Source: Candidatus Latescibacterota bacterium (lineage in GTDB: Bacteria > Latescibacterota > UBA2968 > UBA8231). From it: DNA of 64,000 bases. The position numbers and the translations under genes were made by a program. The notes below the pieces were generated by a model. That model had not been told where the DNA came from and searched no databases. It saw only the letters and a program-made list of their open reading frames with translations. Below are positions 30,391 through 40,546 of the stretch, one piece after another. The stretch lies in NCBI GenBank assembly GCA_965248355.1, contig OZ252098.1, positions 3,232,001-3,296,000 of the forward strand. Reading direction: 5' to 3'. How positions within the stretch are numbered: position 1 is the first letter of the stretch; each line of letters opens with the position of its first letter.

Positions 30391-31410
30391 TTGGACGACG
30401 TGCGCATCGCCTTCATCGGGTTCCGCCATGCCCACATCCACAGCCTGTACGAGCGCGCCCTGGACACGGCGGGGGTGCGCGTGGCCGGGGCCTGCGAGGA
30501 GCATGAGGAGACCCGCCGGGAGCTGGCTGGTTCGAGGATCGAGATCACCCACCACGAGGCCGGGCGCCTCCTCGACGAGGTCGAGTGCGACGCCGTGGCC
30601 GTGGGCGACGTGTACGCCCTGCGCGGGTCCCGCCTCATCGCCGCCCTGGAACGGGGCCGGCACGTGATCGCCGACAAGCCCCTGTGCACCCGCCTCAAGG
30701 AGGTGGAGCGGATCCGCGGGCTGGCCGCGGCCGGCGGCCTGGAGGTGGGATGCATGCTCACCATGCGCGACTCGGCCGGCCTGCGCGCGGCGCGGACCCT
30801 GATCCGGGAGGGAGCCATCGGGGAGGTCCACGCCGTCCAGTTCGGCGGCCAGCACCCCCTGATGCCGGGCACCCGTCCGGCCTGGTACTTCGAGCCCGGC
30901 CAGCACGGCGGCACGATCAACGACATCGGCATCCACGCCATCGACGGGATCCCCTTCGCAACCGGCCTGCGCTTCACGCGGCTGGAGGCGGCGCGCTGCT
31001 GGAACGCCTTCGTCCCCGAGACCCCCCACTTCCACGACGGCGCCCAGATGCTGCTGGCCATGGACAATGGCTGCGGCGTCGTCGGCGACGTCTCCTACTT
31101 CGCGCCTGACGGGCCCGGCTACGGCCTCCCCTACTACTGGCGCATGACCTTCTGGGGCCGCGAAGGCGTCCTCGAGATCGCCACCAACGACGACCACCTG
31201 GAGCTGGGGAGGGCCACCGGCAAGCAGGTCGAGCGCCGGCCCCTGCCGCCGGGCAACAGCGGCGGATACCTTCAGGCCTTCCTCAAGGGCATCCGCGGCG
31301 AGCCCCGCGAGGACGGGGAGCTGACCAGCGCCCAGGTGCTGGCCTCCACCGAGACGGCCCTGCGCGTGCAGGCGGCGGCCGATGCGGGGGAGCGGGGGGT
31401 GGAGCTGTGA
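30391..31410 (+). CDS. Gfo/Idh/MocA-family oxidoreductase
   Basis: IAFIGFRHAH, HVIADKP, INDIGIHAID; GGAGG RBS before TTG 30391. Confidence 0.85.
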   Translation: MDDVRIAFIGFRHAHIHSLYERALDTAGVRVAGACEEHEETRRELAGSRIEITHHEAGRLLDEVECDAVAVGDVYALRGSRLIAALERGRHVIADKPLCTRLKEVERIRGLAAAGGLEVGCMLTMRDSAGLRAARTLIREGAIGEVHAVQFGGQHPLMPGTRPAWYFEPGQHGGTINDIGIHAIDGIPFATGLRFTRLEAARCWNAFVPETPHFHDGAQMLLAMDNGCGVVGDVSYFAPDGPGYGLPYYWRMTFWGREGVLEIATNDDHLELGRATGKQVERRPLPPGNSGGYLQAFLKGIRGEPREDGELTSAQVLASTETALRVQAAADAGERGVEL

Positions 31411-32092
31411 CAGGCGTGACCGCTCCGGAGTCCGCCGGATTCGTGGTCGATCCGCGCCACGAAGCAGAGGTGACTGCCGGCTTCGCGGACTGAAATGTCC
31501 AGCTGCGCCGGTTGGATCGCCTTTTACGGGTCGGCCTCCTCCCATCCAAAGTTTCGCCAAACCGCCGCGGGGCACCCACATCCACGGATTTGCTCGATGC
31601 GCACAAGTGAGGACCCACAATACACATGATGTTCAAGATGCTCACGCACTTCACCCGCTTCGTACTGCCCATCGCGCTGTTCCTGGTCCCGGCCGGACAT
31701 GTCCCGCTGCTTTGGTCCCAATCCCTAGATTTCGCTCCACCAAGGCCGGATGGACCCGCCAAGATCCAGAGCTCCTTGTGGGCGCTGGCCGCGCTTGATC
31801 CCGCGGCAAAGCCAGCGGGGCCGGAGGCTACCGGAGAGCTGCAGGAGCCGGTGGTGGTCATCCTCGTCCCGAACCCCGGCGAGGGATCAGCCTCCATCGA
31901 CACCACATCCCTGGCATCACTCGGTGGAAAGGTGCTGGCCAGGTCCCGCAGTCTGATGCGGGTCTCCGTTCCCCCATCCTCGCTCTTGGCCCTCTCCGAG
32001 ATGCCGGGAGTCAGCTTTGTCCGCAAGCCGTACCGGCCACATCCCCAGGAGACTTGGAGCGAAGGTGGCCCCCTTATCAAAGCGTATGACAA

Positions 32093-32946
32093 GAACCTAT
32101 CTCAAAATTGAAATTGCTTAAGTAAAATCAGGATGGAGGCAAGTTGGACGAAGCCAAGAAAATTCTCCGGATACAATTCCCAGCGAGTGATCACTCGACG
32201 CTGCCATTGAAGCCAAGCGAAGAATCTCTCCACCATCCAACGCCGCACATAGCGACGCAATCGGCGTCCGTCCTGAGTCTTTTTCTTGGTTCGGTTCTGG
32301 CGATGGGGAGCGATCATCTCGACCCCTTCTTTCTTCAGCTCCTCATCTAACGGGTCGCTGTCGTAGGCTTTGTCTCCAATCAAGTTCTTGGGTTTGTCTT
32401 CGATCAGGTAGAAGTCAAACGTCAACTGAACCAGCGTCACTTCATGATGGTTCGCTGCATGCGTGCTCACCGACAAGGGAAGCCCATGGCGGTCCACGAT
32501 CCCCATGACTCGTACGCCCTTGCCTCGCTTGGTGTGGCCGATATCGGCACCTCCACCCTTGGCCGCCGAGAACATGCCATCAATGAAAGCTTCCGATTCG
32601 TCCAAGTCCCCTTGCTCGTGAAGAGTCTGGGCCAGGTCCACGAGAACTTCGCGTAACACCCCTTGACGACACCGATTTTGAAAACGGCGATGCACGGTTT
32701 TGTAGTTCGGATAGCACTGCGGCAACATATGCCATTGAGCCCCGGTATTGAGAATCCAAAGCACAGCTTCAAGAACGTCACGGGTGGCAATCGGTTTACG
32801 ACCCGGATGGCTCCCGGGGCGATGCTCCTCAGGAAAGTGATGACGGATCCGTTCCCATTGCTGGTCGGTCAGAGTAACCATACAGTAATGGTACATCATC
32901 AGCAATCAGAACTCAAGGTTATGTGTAGTGATTTTGAGATAGGTTC
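32093..32946 (-). mobile_element. IS5-family insertion sequence (854 bp)
   Basis: Perfect 16-bp terminal inverted repeats GAACCTATCTCAAAAT / ATTTTGAGATAGGTTC, flanked by a duplicated AA; visibly lower GC than the flanks. Confidence 0.95.
32102..32881 (-). CDS. IS5-family transposase (single ORF)
   Basis: LTDQQW, WILNTGAQW..LP, FIDG, IGDKAYDSD, RRYVRRWMVERFFAWL. Confidence 0.92.
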   Translation of the reverse strand: MVTLTDQQWERIRHHFPEEHRPGSHPGRKPIATRDVLEAVLWILNTGAQWHMLPQCYPNYKTVHRRFQNRCRQGVLREVLVDLAQTLHEQGDLDESEAFIDGMFSAAKGGGADIGHTKRGKGVRVMGIVDRHGLPLSVSTHAANHHEVTLVQLTFDFYLIEDKPKNLIGDKAYDSDPLDEELKKEGVEMIAPHRQNRTKKKTQDGRRLRRYVRRWMVERFFAWLQWQRRVITRWELYPENFLGFVQLASILILLKQFQF

Positions 32947-34131
32947 AACTACTTCACTGGGGTGAGAGGCCAAGGAGTCAAAGTGGCCATCATCGACGAT
33001 GGCTTCAAGGGGGCGAACGAATTGGCGGGGGACATGCCGGCGAGCTGGCGGTACTCTGACTACACGGACGACGGGATCTACGCCGGCGACTCAGTCCACG
33101 GCACGGCCTGTGCCGAGATCGTCCATGATATGGCCCAACAAGCGGAACTCACGCTACTCAAGGTAGCGGACCTGGTTGACTTGGAGGAGGCGAAGGATCT
33201 TTGCATACGAGAAGGGATTCACATCATAAACCACTCCCTCGGCTGGTTTGGAACAGGCATAGGCGACGGACGGGGAGACGCATGCGACATTGTCAATGAC
33301 GCCGCCGACAATGGTATCCTCTGGGTGAATTCAGCAGGTAATGACGCTAAGAGCCACTACTACGGTTTCTGGTCCGATTTCGATTCGGACGGTTGGCAGA
33401 ATTTCAGCAACGAAGACGAGGTGCTGGCCTTTGACGCTGAAGAAGGAGATGAAATAGAGATCTACCTGACTTGGAATGACTGGCCGACTTCCCGTGAGAA
33501 TTACGACCTCTACCTTGATTTCGTGAACTCATCCGGCGATCTCGAACCCGTCGCCGAGAGTACGAATCGCCAAGATGTCTTCGGTGGCGCCCCTGTAGAA
33601 TCGATCACATACGAGGCAGAGAGATCCGGAGAGTACGGGATTTCTGTTCGCAGTGAGGATGCTCGGCCTAGAAGGCTAAAACTGTGGTCTCTCAATCACG
33701 ATTTCAAAGAGTATTCGGTTGCGGAGAACAGTATCGGGAGTCCTGCCGACGCCCGGGGGGCCTTGAGCGTCGGGGCGATCCATCCTTGGGACTGGGCGAC
33801 CGGACGGATTGCAGACTACAGCTCCCGAGGGCCCACCACCGACGGACGCGTCAAGCCCGACCTCGCCGCGCCTTCTGGAGTGTCGACCGTGTCCTATGGC
33901 GTGTCGACCGCATCCCATGGCACCGAAGGCTACTTCGGGACATCAGCCGCAGCACCCCACGTCGCCGGCGCCGCGGCCCTGATCAAGTCGGCCAATCCAT
34001 CCTATTCGCTCGACGATTTGTGGGATGCCCTCATCGCTGCGACGGTCGACATCGACGCCTTCGGAAAAGACAACAATACCGGTTACGGCAAGCTCGTGCT
34101 GCCGGTCATGGAGCGCCAGGAAGTCATACTG

Positions 34132-35645
34132 CCTCAGATCACTTCCCTGTCTCCCACCAGTGTCCGATACCACCAAGTCGTTACCATCAATGGAACAGGT
34201 TTCGGCTCAGACCGGGGCACCGGCAAGATGGTGTTCTACCCAGACACCGAGCCCAGCTCCTCCCAGTACCTCAGCTGGAGCGACACCCGGATCCAGGTAC
34301 GGGTACCGACCGGTGCGCGTACAGGCAACCTGCAGGTCATCACCGCGACGGGCAGCACCTCCGCCCGGCTGACGATCACCTCTCCATGGGTCTCAAGTGT
34401 CTCCCCTCGCAGCGGCAGGACCAACACTCTCGTCACCGTAACCGGCAGCAACTTCGGTGCTTCGCGCGGTAGCAACTCCGTGAGGATCGGTTCGAGGACG
34501 ATCTCCTCCTACTCCTCCTGGTCGAGCTCCACCATCAGGTTCCGCATTCCGGTCAATACGCGATCCGGCAATCTCAGCGTTCGAACCTCCGAAGGAACGA
34601 GCAACTTCGTCTCCCTCGAGGTTACGAGTCCCTACCTGAGTTGGACTTCTCCAACCCGTGTCAAACCCGGGGATCGTCTGACGCTCACAGGGCGCAACTT
34701 CAGGAGTACCCGAGGTCTCGGTTCGGTCGTGTTCACCCCCAGTGTCCGGCCTTCCTCCGGGGACTACGTGAGCTGGAGCGACAGCAGGATCGTCGTCGAG
34801 GTGCCCGACCGGGCGAAGAGCGGCGACGTGAAGGTCATCACCTCTCAGGGATCCTCCGGTACCAGGCGAATCGAGGTGCAAGAGATCGATGAGCCTCGGA
34901 TCACCTCTGTATCTCCCACCCGCGTCCGCTACAACCAGATCCTGACCATTCGCGGAACCGGTTTCGGCGCCAGCCGCGGCACGGGCAAGGTGGTCTTCTT
35001 CGGAGGCACCGAGCCCAGGTCCTACCAGTACGTCAGCTGGAGCGAGACCCGGATCCAGGTACGGGTCCCGACCGGTGCACGCACTGGAAACCTGCAGGTC
35101 GTCAGCACGAAAGGTCGGGCCACGATCCGGCTGACGGTCACCTCTCCCTGGGTCCGGAGCATCTCTCCCCGGAGCGGCAGGACCAATGCACTCATCACCG
35201 TGAGCGGGAGCAACTTCGGCGCCACCCGAGGAAGCAGCTGGATTCGAGCTGGTGCGACGGTGATCTCCTCCTACTCCTTCTGGTCGAACACCACCATCCG
35301 GTTCCGAATTCCCGTCAATACGCAATCCGGCAATCTCTACGTCAGCACCTCCGAAGGCAGGAGCAACAGCCTCTCCCTGGAGGTGACGAGCCCCTACCTG
35401 GGTTGGGTTTCACCGACCCGTGTGAGTCCCGGGGATCGCCTGACCTTGACGGGAGGCAATTTCGGCAGCACCCGGGGTCTCGGCTATATCCTGTTCACTC
35501 CCAATGTCCGACCTTCCTCCGGGGACTACGTGAGCTGGAGCGACAGCCGCATCGTCGTCGAGGTGCCCGCCCGGGCGAAGACCGGCGACCTGAAGGCCGT
35601 CACTGCCCGTGGGTCATCCGGCACCCGGCGCATCGAGGTGGAAGG
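34132..35645 (+). repeat. Two tandem 762-bp units, each encoding three IPT/TIG domains
   Basis: PQITSLSPT.. at 34132 and PRITSVSPT.. at 34894; long near-identical DNA tracts, e.g. CCTTCCTCCGGGGACTACGTGAGCTGGAGCGACAGC in both units. Confidence 0.9.
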
Positions 35646-36330
35646 CGAAGACCTGGAGCCGCTCCCGAGCACAGGGATCTTCGGCTACAGTCCGCCGGAG
35701 CTGACGGAACACCCGAAGAGTGTCAAGTTCGGATTCGAGGGACTCGGCCATGACCTGCTGATGACTTGGTATCTCAAGAACGATGCGGAGGTGAAGATTC
35801 TGGTCAACGGTCAGGACTATGGATCGGTCCCAGTGCGTACGGAGTGGCAACGCTGGTACAGCACTCTGCTCCAAAGGCATCTCAATTCAGGTCAGAACGT
35901 GATCGAGTTCCGCAATCAGGCCAACCAGGATCGCACGAGCAACTATGCCCATTGGCAGTTGACGGAAGTGAAGCTGTGGAAGCCCTTCGATGCCAAGCTG
36001 GCTGCCGGCGCCCGGCTCCTGTCTCCCTCGTTGCTTCTTGCCGAGACCGGGCTGGGCCATCCCTTCCCCACGCCCTTCAACGCCGAGGTCAGCGTGCCTT
36101 CACCACCAATGCCCCCGGGCAGGTCCGCATCTCCGTCTACAACCTGGCTGGACAGCGTGTCCGCCTCTTGCGCGACGGCTGGACCGAGGCCGGGTCCCAC
36201 GAGGCGCACTGGGATGGCCGCACTGATTCAGGCACAGACGCCGGGTCAGGGATATATTGTGTATTGCTCAAGACTCGAACCCTCACCCAGTCGGCCCGGC
36301 TGGTGCTGATCCGATGAGGAGGACACCACC

Positions 36331-36753
36331 ATGGGCGCGACCTATGTCGACGTGACGATCCGCAATCCCGCGGATCCGCACCGCAGCTGGACCGGAAGGT
36401 TCCTGGTCGATACCGGCGCCTTCGACTCGCTCGTTCCGAGGGAGCACCTCGAAGGGATCGGACTCCAACCGAGGGGCCGCCGCGGTTACGTGCTCGCCGA
36501 CGGCAAACCCGCCACTTTGGACATCACCATCGCCGAGATCGAGTTCGAGGGGGAAGTGGTCGGTGGCACCATCGTGTACGGCGAAGAGGGGAGCGAACCG
36601 TTGCTCGGCGTTACCGCCCTGGGGTCAGGGGGATTCGAGGTCGATCCGCGCAACGAAGAGCTGAAGCGGCTGCCGGCCGTTCTGTTGAAAGCCATCCTGC
36701 GCTCCCGGCGTCCAACCCCCTTGATCCACCCAAATCCCAAGAGACTCCCATGA
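36331..36753 (+). CDS. Clan AA (retropepsin-like, AF_0612-type) aspartic protease
   Basis: FLVDTGA and EPLLGVTAL; GAGGAGG RBS. Confidence 0.85.
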   Translation: MGATYVDVTIRNPADPHRSWTGRFLVDTGAFDSLVPREHLEGIGLQPRGRRGYVLADGKPATLDITIAEIEFEGEVVGGTIVYGEEGSEPLLGVTALGSGGFEVDPRNEELKRLPAVLLKAILRSRRPTPLIHPNPKRLP

Positions 36754-37664
36754 ACCTCCGTTATCGACAGAACCGACCCCGACCCCTGTTCCCTTGCCTC
36801 CCCTTGGCGGCCATCCTCCTGGCGGCGGCTCCCGGCCGGCTGGACGCCGGCGCCTGGACCCAGCCCCAGTGCGGCTTCTACTCCAAGCTGGCCGGCCTCT
36901 CCTTCAGCTCCCGGGCGGTCCTGAACACCGACGGCGAGCGCCAGGACCGGGCGGTAGACCCCCGGGAGGAGTTGAGCGACCGGGGACTCTCCGCCTACCT
37001 GGAGTACGGCCTGCTGGACCGCCTGACCCTGGTGGCCTCCCTGCCGTACAAGCGGCTGGTCTTCAGGAATCCGAGGGAGGCGAGGTATTTCGAGGCCCTC
37101 GACAGCACCATCGTCCGCCAGCATCCCGACCAATCCCGCTCCGGTCTGGCCGACCTGGAGCTGCGCCTGCGCTGGCGACTGCTCCTCGATCCGGCCGTCG
37201 TCTCCCTGGCCGCGGGCGGCAAGTTCCCCCTGGGCTACGAGGTGCCCACGGAGATCCCGGAGAGCTACGTCCCCCTGGGCACGGGCGAGACCGACGCCGA
37301 GGTGCGCCTGCTGGTGGGCAAGTCCCTGTACCCGCTGCCGGCCTACGTGACCGGCACCCTCGGCTACCGCCGCCGCGGTGGCGATTTCGGCGACGAGCTT
37401 TTCCACGGCCTGGAGGCCGGCTACTCCTACAACCGCCTGCTGGTCAAGGGCGTGGTGGAGGGGATTCAGACCCTCGGAGACTGCGGCGCCATGGGCGAGG
37501 GCGGCGGGCTCATCGGCGACCAGAACAGCCTCAAGTTGTCGCCGGGGCTGATCTGGTCCTTCAACGACCGGCTGGAGATCAGCGCCGATCTGTTCCACAT
37601 CGCCTCAGGCTGCAACACGGCGGCGGGCACCACCTATGCCCTCGGTCTGGCCTTCAAGGGGTAG
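36750..37664 (+). CDS. Hypothetical exported protein, probable outer-membrane beta-barrel
   Basis: Signal peptide then AWTQ; YLEYGL; amphipathic strands; ends YALGLAFKG. Confidence 0.65.
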   Translation: MNLRYRQNRPRPLFPCLPLAAILLAAAPGRLDAGAWTQPQCGFYSKLAGLSFSSRAVLNTDGERQDRAVDPREELSDRGLSAYLEYGLLDRLTLVASLPYKRLVFRNPREARYFEALDSTIVRQHPDQSRSGLADLELRLRWRLLLDPAVVSLAAGGKFPLGYEVPTEIPESYVPLGTGETDAEVRLLVGKSLYPLPAYVTGTLGYRRRGGDFGDELFHGLEAGYSYNRLLVKGVVEGIQTLGDCGAMGEGGGLIGDQNSLKLSPGLIWSFNDRLEISADLFHIASGCNTAAGTTYALGLAFKG

Positions 37665-37723
37665 GGAGGCGCGCAGCGGAGCAGCCCGTATATTCTCCCT
37701 GCCACCATGGAAAGGAGGCCGGC

Positions 37724-38716
37724 ATGCCGCGCAGGAAATGGGAGATCCCCGAGCGTGAGGCCACCGACGAAGCCGTCTATCTCAACCGCCGCAGGTTCCT
37801 TCGGGGGGCCGGTCTGGGCACCATCGGCCTGATCTCGGGCTGCATCCCGGACAGGCTTCTCCAGCCCAAGGACCTCCTCGATCCGCAACCCTTCCTCGGC
37901 CCCGAGAACCGCGAGCCGATCCCGCCGGACCAGTGGTACCCGGCGCCGGTGAACCCGGATTTCTCCACCCTCGACCGCGCGCTCACCGGCGAGGACGTGG
38001 CCGGCACCTACAACAACTTCTACGAGTTCTCCACCGGCAAGGACGTCTGGCGCCACGTCGACGATTTCGAGCCCTCCCCGTGGACCGTGGAGATCGGCGG
38101 CCTGGTGCCCGAGCCCAAGACCTGGGACATCGACGACCTCGTGGGCCGGATGGACCTGGAGGAGCGGCTCTACCGCCACCGTTGCGTCGAGGCCTGGTCC
38201 ATGGCCATCCCCTGGACCGGCTTTCCCATGAAGGCCCTCATCGACCTGGTGCAGCCGCTGTCGTCGGCCCGTTTCGTGCGCATGGTCTCCTTCTTCAATC
38301 CGGAGGTCGCCCCGGGGCAATGGGACCGGCCCGACTTTCCCTGGCCCTACGTCGAGGGCCTGAGCATGGCCGAGGCCACCAATGAGCTGACCCTGCTGGT
38401 GACCGGCATCTACGGCCACGCGCTGCCCAAGCAGCACGGCCCCCCCCTGCGCCTGGTGACGCCCTGGAAGTACGGCTTCAAGGGCATCAAGTCGATTGTG
38501 CGGATCGAGTTCGTCAGCGAGCAGCCGGCCACGTTCTGGAACACCGAAGCGCCCCACGAATACGGCTTCCTCTCCAACGTCGAGCCCGAGGTTCCCCATC
38601 CCCGGTGGTCGCAGGCCAGCGAGCGCTTCATCTCCAGCAGCCTGACGAGTTTCAAACGGCTCGACACCCTGCTCTACAACGGCTATGGGGAGTACGTCGC
38701 CCACCTGTACGGGTGA
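37724..38716 (+). CDS. msrP: Protein-methionine-sulfoxide reductase catalytic subunit MsrP
   Basis: Tat signal LNRRRFL; YNNFYEF, LEERLYRHRCVEAWSM, PWKYGFKGIKSIV, HPRWSQA. Confidence 0.93.
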   Translation: MPRRKWEIPEREATDEAVYLNRRRFLRGAGLGTIGLISGCIPDRLLQPKDLLDPQPFLGPENREPIPPDQWYPAPVNPDFSTLDRALTGEDVAGTYNNFYEFSTGKDVWRHVDDFEPSPWTVEIGGLVPEPKTWDIDDLVGRMDLEERLYRHRCVEAWSMAIPWTGFPMKALIDLVQPLSSARFVRMVSFFNPEVAPGQWDRPDFPWPYVEGLSMAEATNELTLLVTGIYGHALPKQHGPPLRLVTPWKYGFKGIKSIVRIEFVSEQPATFWNTEAPHEYGFLSNVEPEVPHPRWSQASERFISSSLTSFKRLDTLLYNGYGEYVAHLYG

Positions 38717-38733
38717 CTCTGAAGGAGGCCTTC

Positions 38734-39375
38734 ATGCGCCGACTCCTGTCCACCATCCCCTTCCTCTTCCTGGCCGCCGCGCCCCTTTTCGCCCAGGAAG
38801 AGCTCCACGGCACCTGGGAGGGCACCGTCGTCGTCGACCGCGTCGGCGAGATCACCAATCGCCTGACCTTCGAGGCGGACGGCTCCTTCGAGATCGACCA
38901 GGTCATTCAGGTGAAGGACGACTTCCTGGCCGATGTCGAAGTGCCGGAGGCCCCGGCCATGGAGACGATCTCCGCCTACGGCACCGGCACCTACGGAGTC
39001 GAGGGCAACAGCCTGATGGTGGAGATCGCCGAGCTCGACCTGAAGGTCGATGGCGAGGGTTTCATCGAGTTTTTCACCCGCGTCGCCCGCGGTCTGGCCC
39101 GTTACGCCGCGGACTCCCACGGCGTCTCCGAAGAGAGCTACCCCGAATTCGAGCAGGCCTTCGTCGATGAGTTCTTCGCCGTCCTCGACGAGGTCGAGCT
39201 CCTCGCCGTCTTCGGCGAGGAGGGTGGGACGAGCACCTACACCATCGACGGGAACGTCCTCACCCTGACGACGGAGGCCGATGCCGGGGTCTGGGAGTTC
39301 GAGCGCGTCGACGGTGCGCCCACCGCTGTCGCCCGCACCACCTGGGGCCGCCTGAAGTCGACCCGAAGCCCCTGA
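38734..39375 (+). CDS. Acidic secreted protein with C-terminal TWGRLK motif
   Basis: AAGGAGG RBS; Sec signal ending LFA-Q; ends PTAVARTTWGRLKSTRSP. Confidence 0.75.
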   Translation: MRRLLSTIPFLFLAAAPLFAQEELHGTWEGTVVVDRVGEITNRLTFEADGSFEIDQVIQVKDDFLADVEVPEAPAMETISAYGTGTYGVEGNSLMVEIAELDLKVDGEGFIEFFTRVARGLARYAADSHGVSEESYPEFEQAFVDEFFAVLDEVELLAVFGEEGGTSTYTIDGNVLTLTTEADAGVWEFERVDGAPTAVARTTWGRLKSTRSP

Positions 39376-39384
39376 GGCTCTCCA

Positions 39385-40407
39385 TCATCGCCGGCTGTCG
39401 TCGCCGGCCTCGGTGAGCAGGCGGACTACGGCCGCCAACCCCTTCCTGTTCTTCACCTGCGAGCGCTGCGCGGCCTGCACCGGCGTCTCCCCCTTGTCGT
39501 CGGTGGCATCCGCGTCGGCACCGCGGTCCAGCAGCAGGGCGACGACGCCATCGAAGCCCGCCCTGGCGGCACAGTGCAGGGCCGTCTGTCCCTTGTGGTT
39601 CCGCGCACCGACGTCGGCCCCGAGATCGAGCAGGGCGCGCACCCGGTGGACGTTGCCGCCCCGGTCCCCCCGCGACTGGAAGACCAGCGGCGGCCAGCCG
39701 CCCTCGGCATGGTTCACGTCGACCGGGGCGCCGTAACGGGCCAGCACCTCCATGATCCCGGCGTCGGTGAGGCCCGCGCGGGGGACCTGCGCCCGGGCCG
39801 GATCGGCGCCGGCCCGGAGCAGTGCCTCGAGGATGTCGGCCCGCTCCCGCCACACGGCAAAGCGGATCAACCAGTCGCTGTAGGGCCGCGGGTCGGCGCC
39901 CCTCGCCAGCAGCATGTCGACGATGGGGAGGTGCCCGGCGCTCACGGCGTAGTGAAGCACCGTGGCCCGCCGGCCGTCGTCGTGCTGAGCCCTCTCCGCC
40001 AGGGCCAGATCCGGCTCCCGGTCGAGGTGCTCCGAGACCGCCTCCCCGTCCCCGAGAAAGACCGCACTGTAGATATCGCTGGCCGCCCCCCGCTCCAGCA
40101 GGCGGTCGGCGACCGCGTGGTGGCCCTTGTGACGCGCGGCGCACCAGGCGGAGATCTCGACCAGCAGAGGTGTGAAATGACAACCGCAGGCGTCGATTTC
40201 GGCGCCCCGGTCCAGCAGGTAGTCGACCATGGCCAGCCGCCCCCGGTACGCGGCTTCCCACAGCATGGTGCGGCCGTGGGAGCCGGCGCGGCGGACCCAG
40301 GCCGGCTCCCGCGCCAGCACGGCCCGGACCGTCTCCAGGTCGCCGCGCCCGGCCGCCGCCACGGCGACCTTCATGAAGTCGCTGCCCTTTCCCGTCAGGA
40401 TTCTCAT
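39385..40407 (-). CDS. Ankyrin-repeat protein
   Basis: GRTMLWEAAYRG, TVLHYAVSAGH, GQTALHCAARAG, GETPVQAA repeats; GAGGGAGG RBS. Confidence 0.9.
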   Translation of the reverse strand: MRILTGKGSDFMKVAVAAAGRGDLETVRAVLAREPAWVRRAGSHGRTMLWEAAYRGRLAMVDYLLDRGAEIDACGCHFTPLLVEISAWCAARHKGHHAVADRLLERGAASDIYSAVFLGDGEAVSEHLDREPDLALAERAQHDDGRRATVLHYAVSAGHLPIVDMLLARGADPRPYSDWLIRFAVWRERADILEALLRAGADPARAQVPRAGLTDAGIMEVLARYGAPVDVNHAEGGWPPLVFQSRGDRGGNVHRVRALLDLGADVGARNHKGQTALHCAARAGFDGVVALLLDRGADADATDDKGETPVQAAQRSQVKNRKGLAAVVRLLTEAGDDSRR

Positions 40408-40546
40408 CCCCCCTCCCTCGGATGGACCGGGAACCGCCCCTGTCCGTCCGGCTTCGGCCTTTTGACATCGGGGGCGGAAGGGTGCCAATTTCGCCCCGCC
40501 AGGAATATGACCGCGTTTGCAGGCCAGAGCAGGGATTGGGTGCAAG

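Larger units (their letters stand above)
31626..36317 (+). pseudogene. Secreted S8 (subtilisin-like) protease with six IPT/TIG domains and an FlgD-Ig/T9SS-like tail, disrupted by an IS5 and a frameshift
   Basis: Signal peptide and prodomain at 31626-32092. Catalytic D (IIDDGF), H (HGTAC), S (GTSAAAPHVAG) after the IS. Removing the IS restores the frame ..IKAYDNYFTGVRGQGVKV.. The frame changes near 36098 before VYNLAGQRVR..WDGR..SGIY. Confidence 0.88.

Noticed and set aside
36085..36110. Programmed frameshift to attach the FlgD-like tail
   Set aside because: No slippery heptamer or homopolymer is evident and the gene is already IS-disrupted; mutation or sequencing error is simpler.
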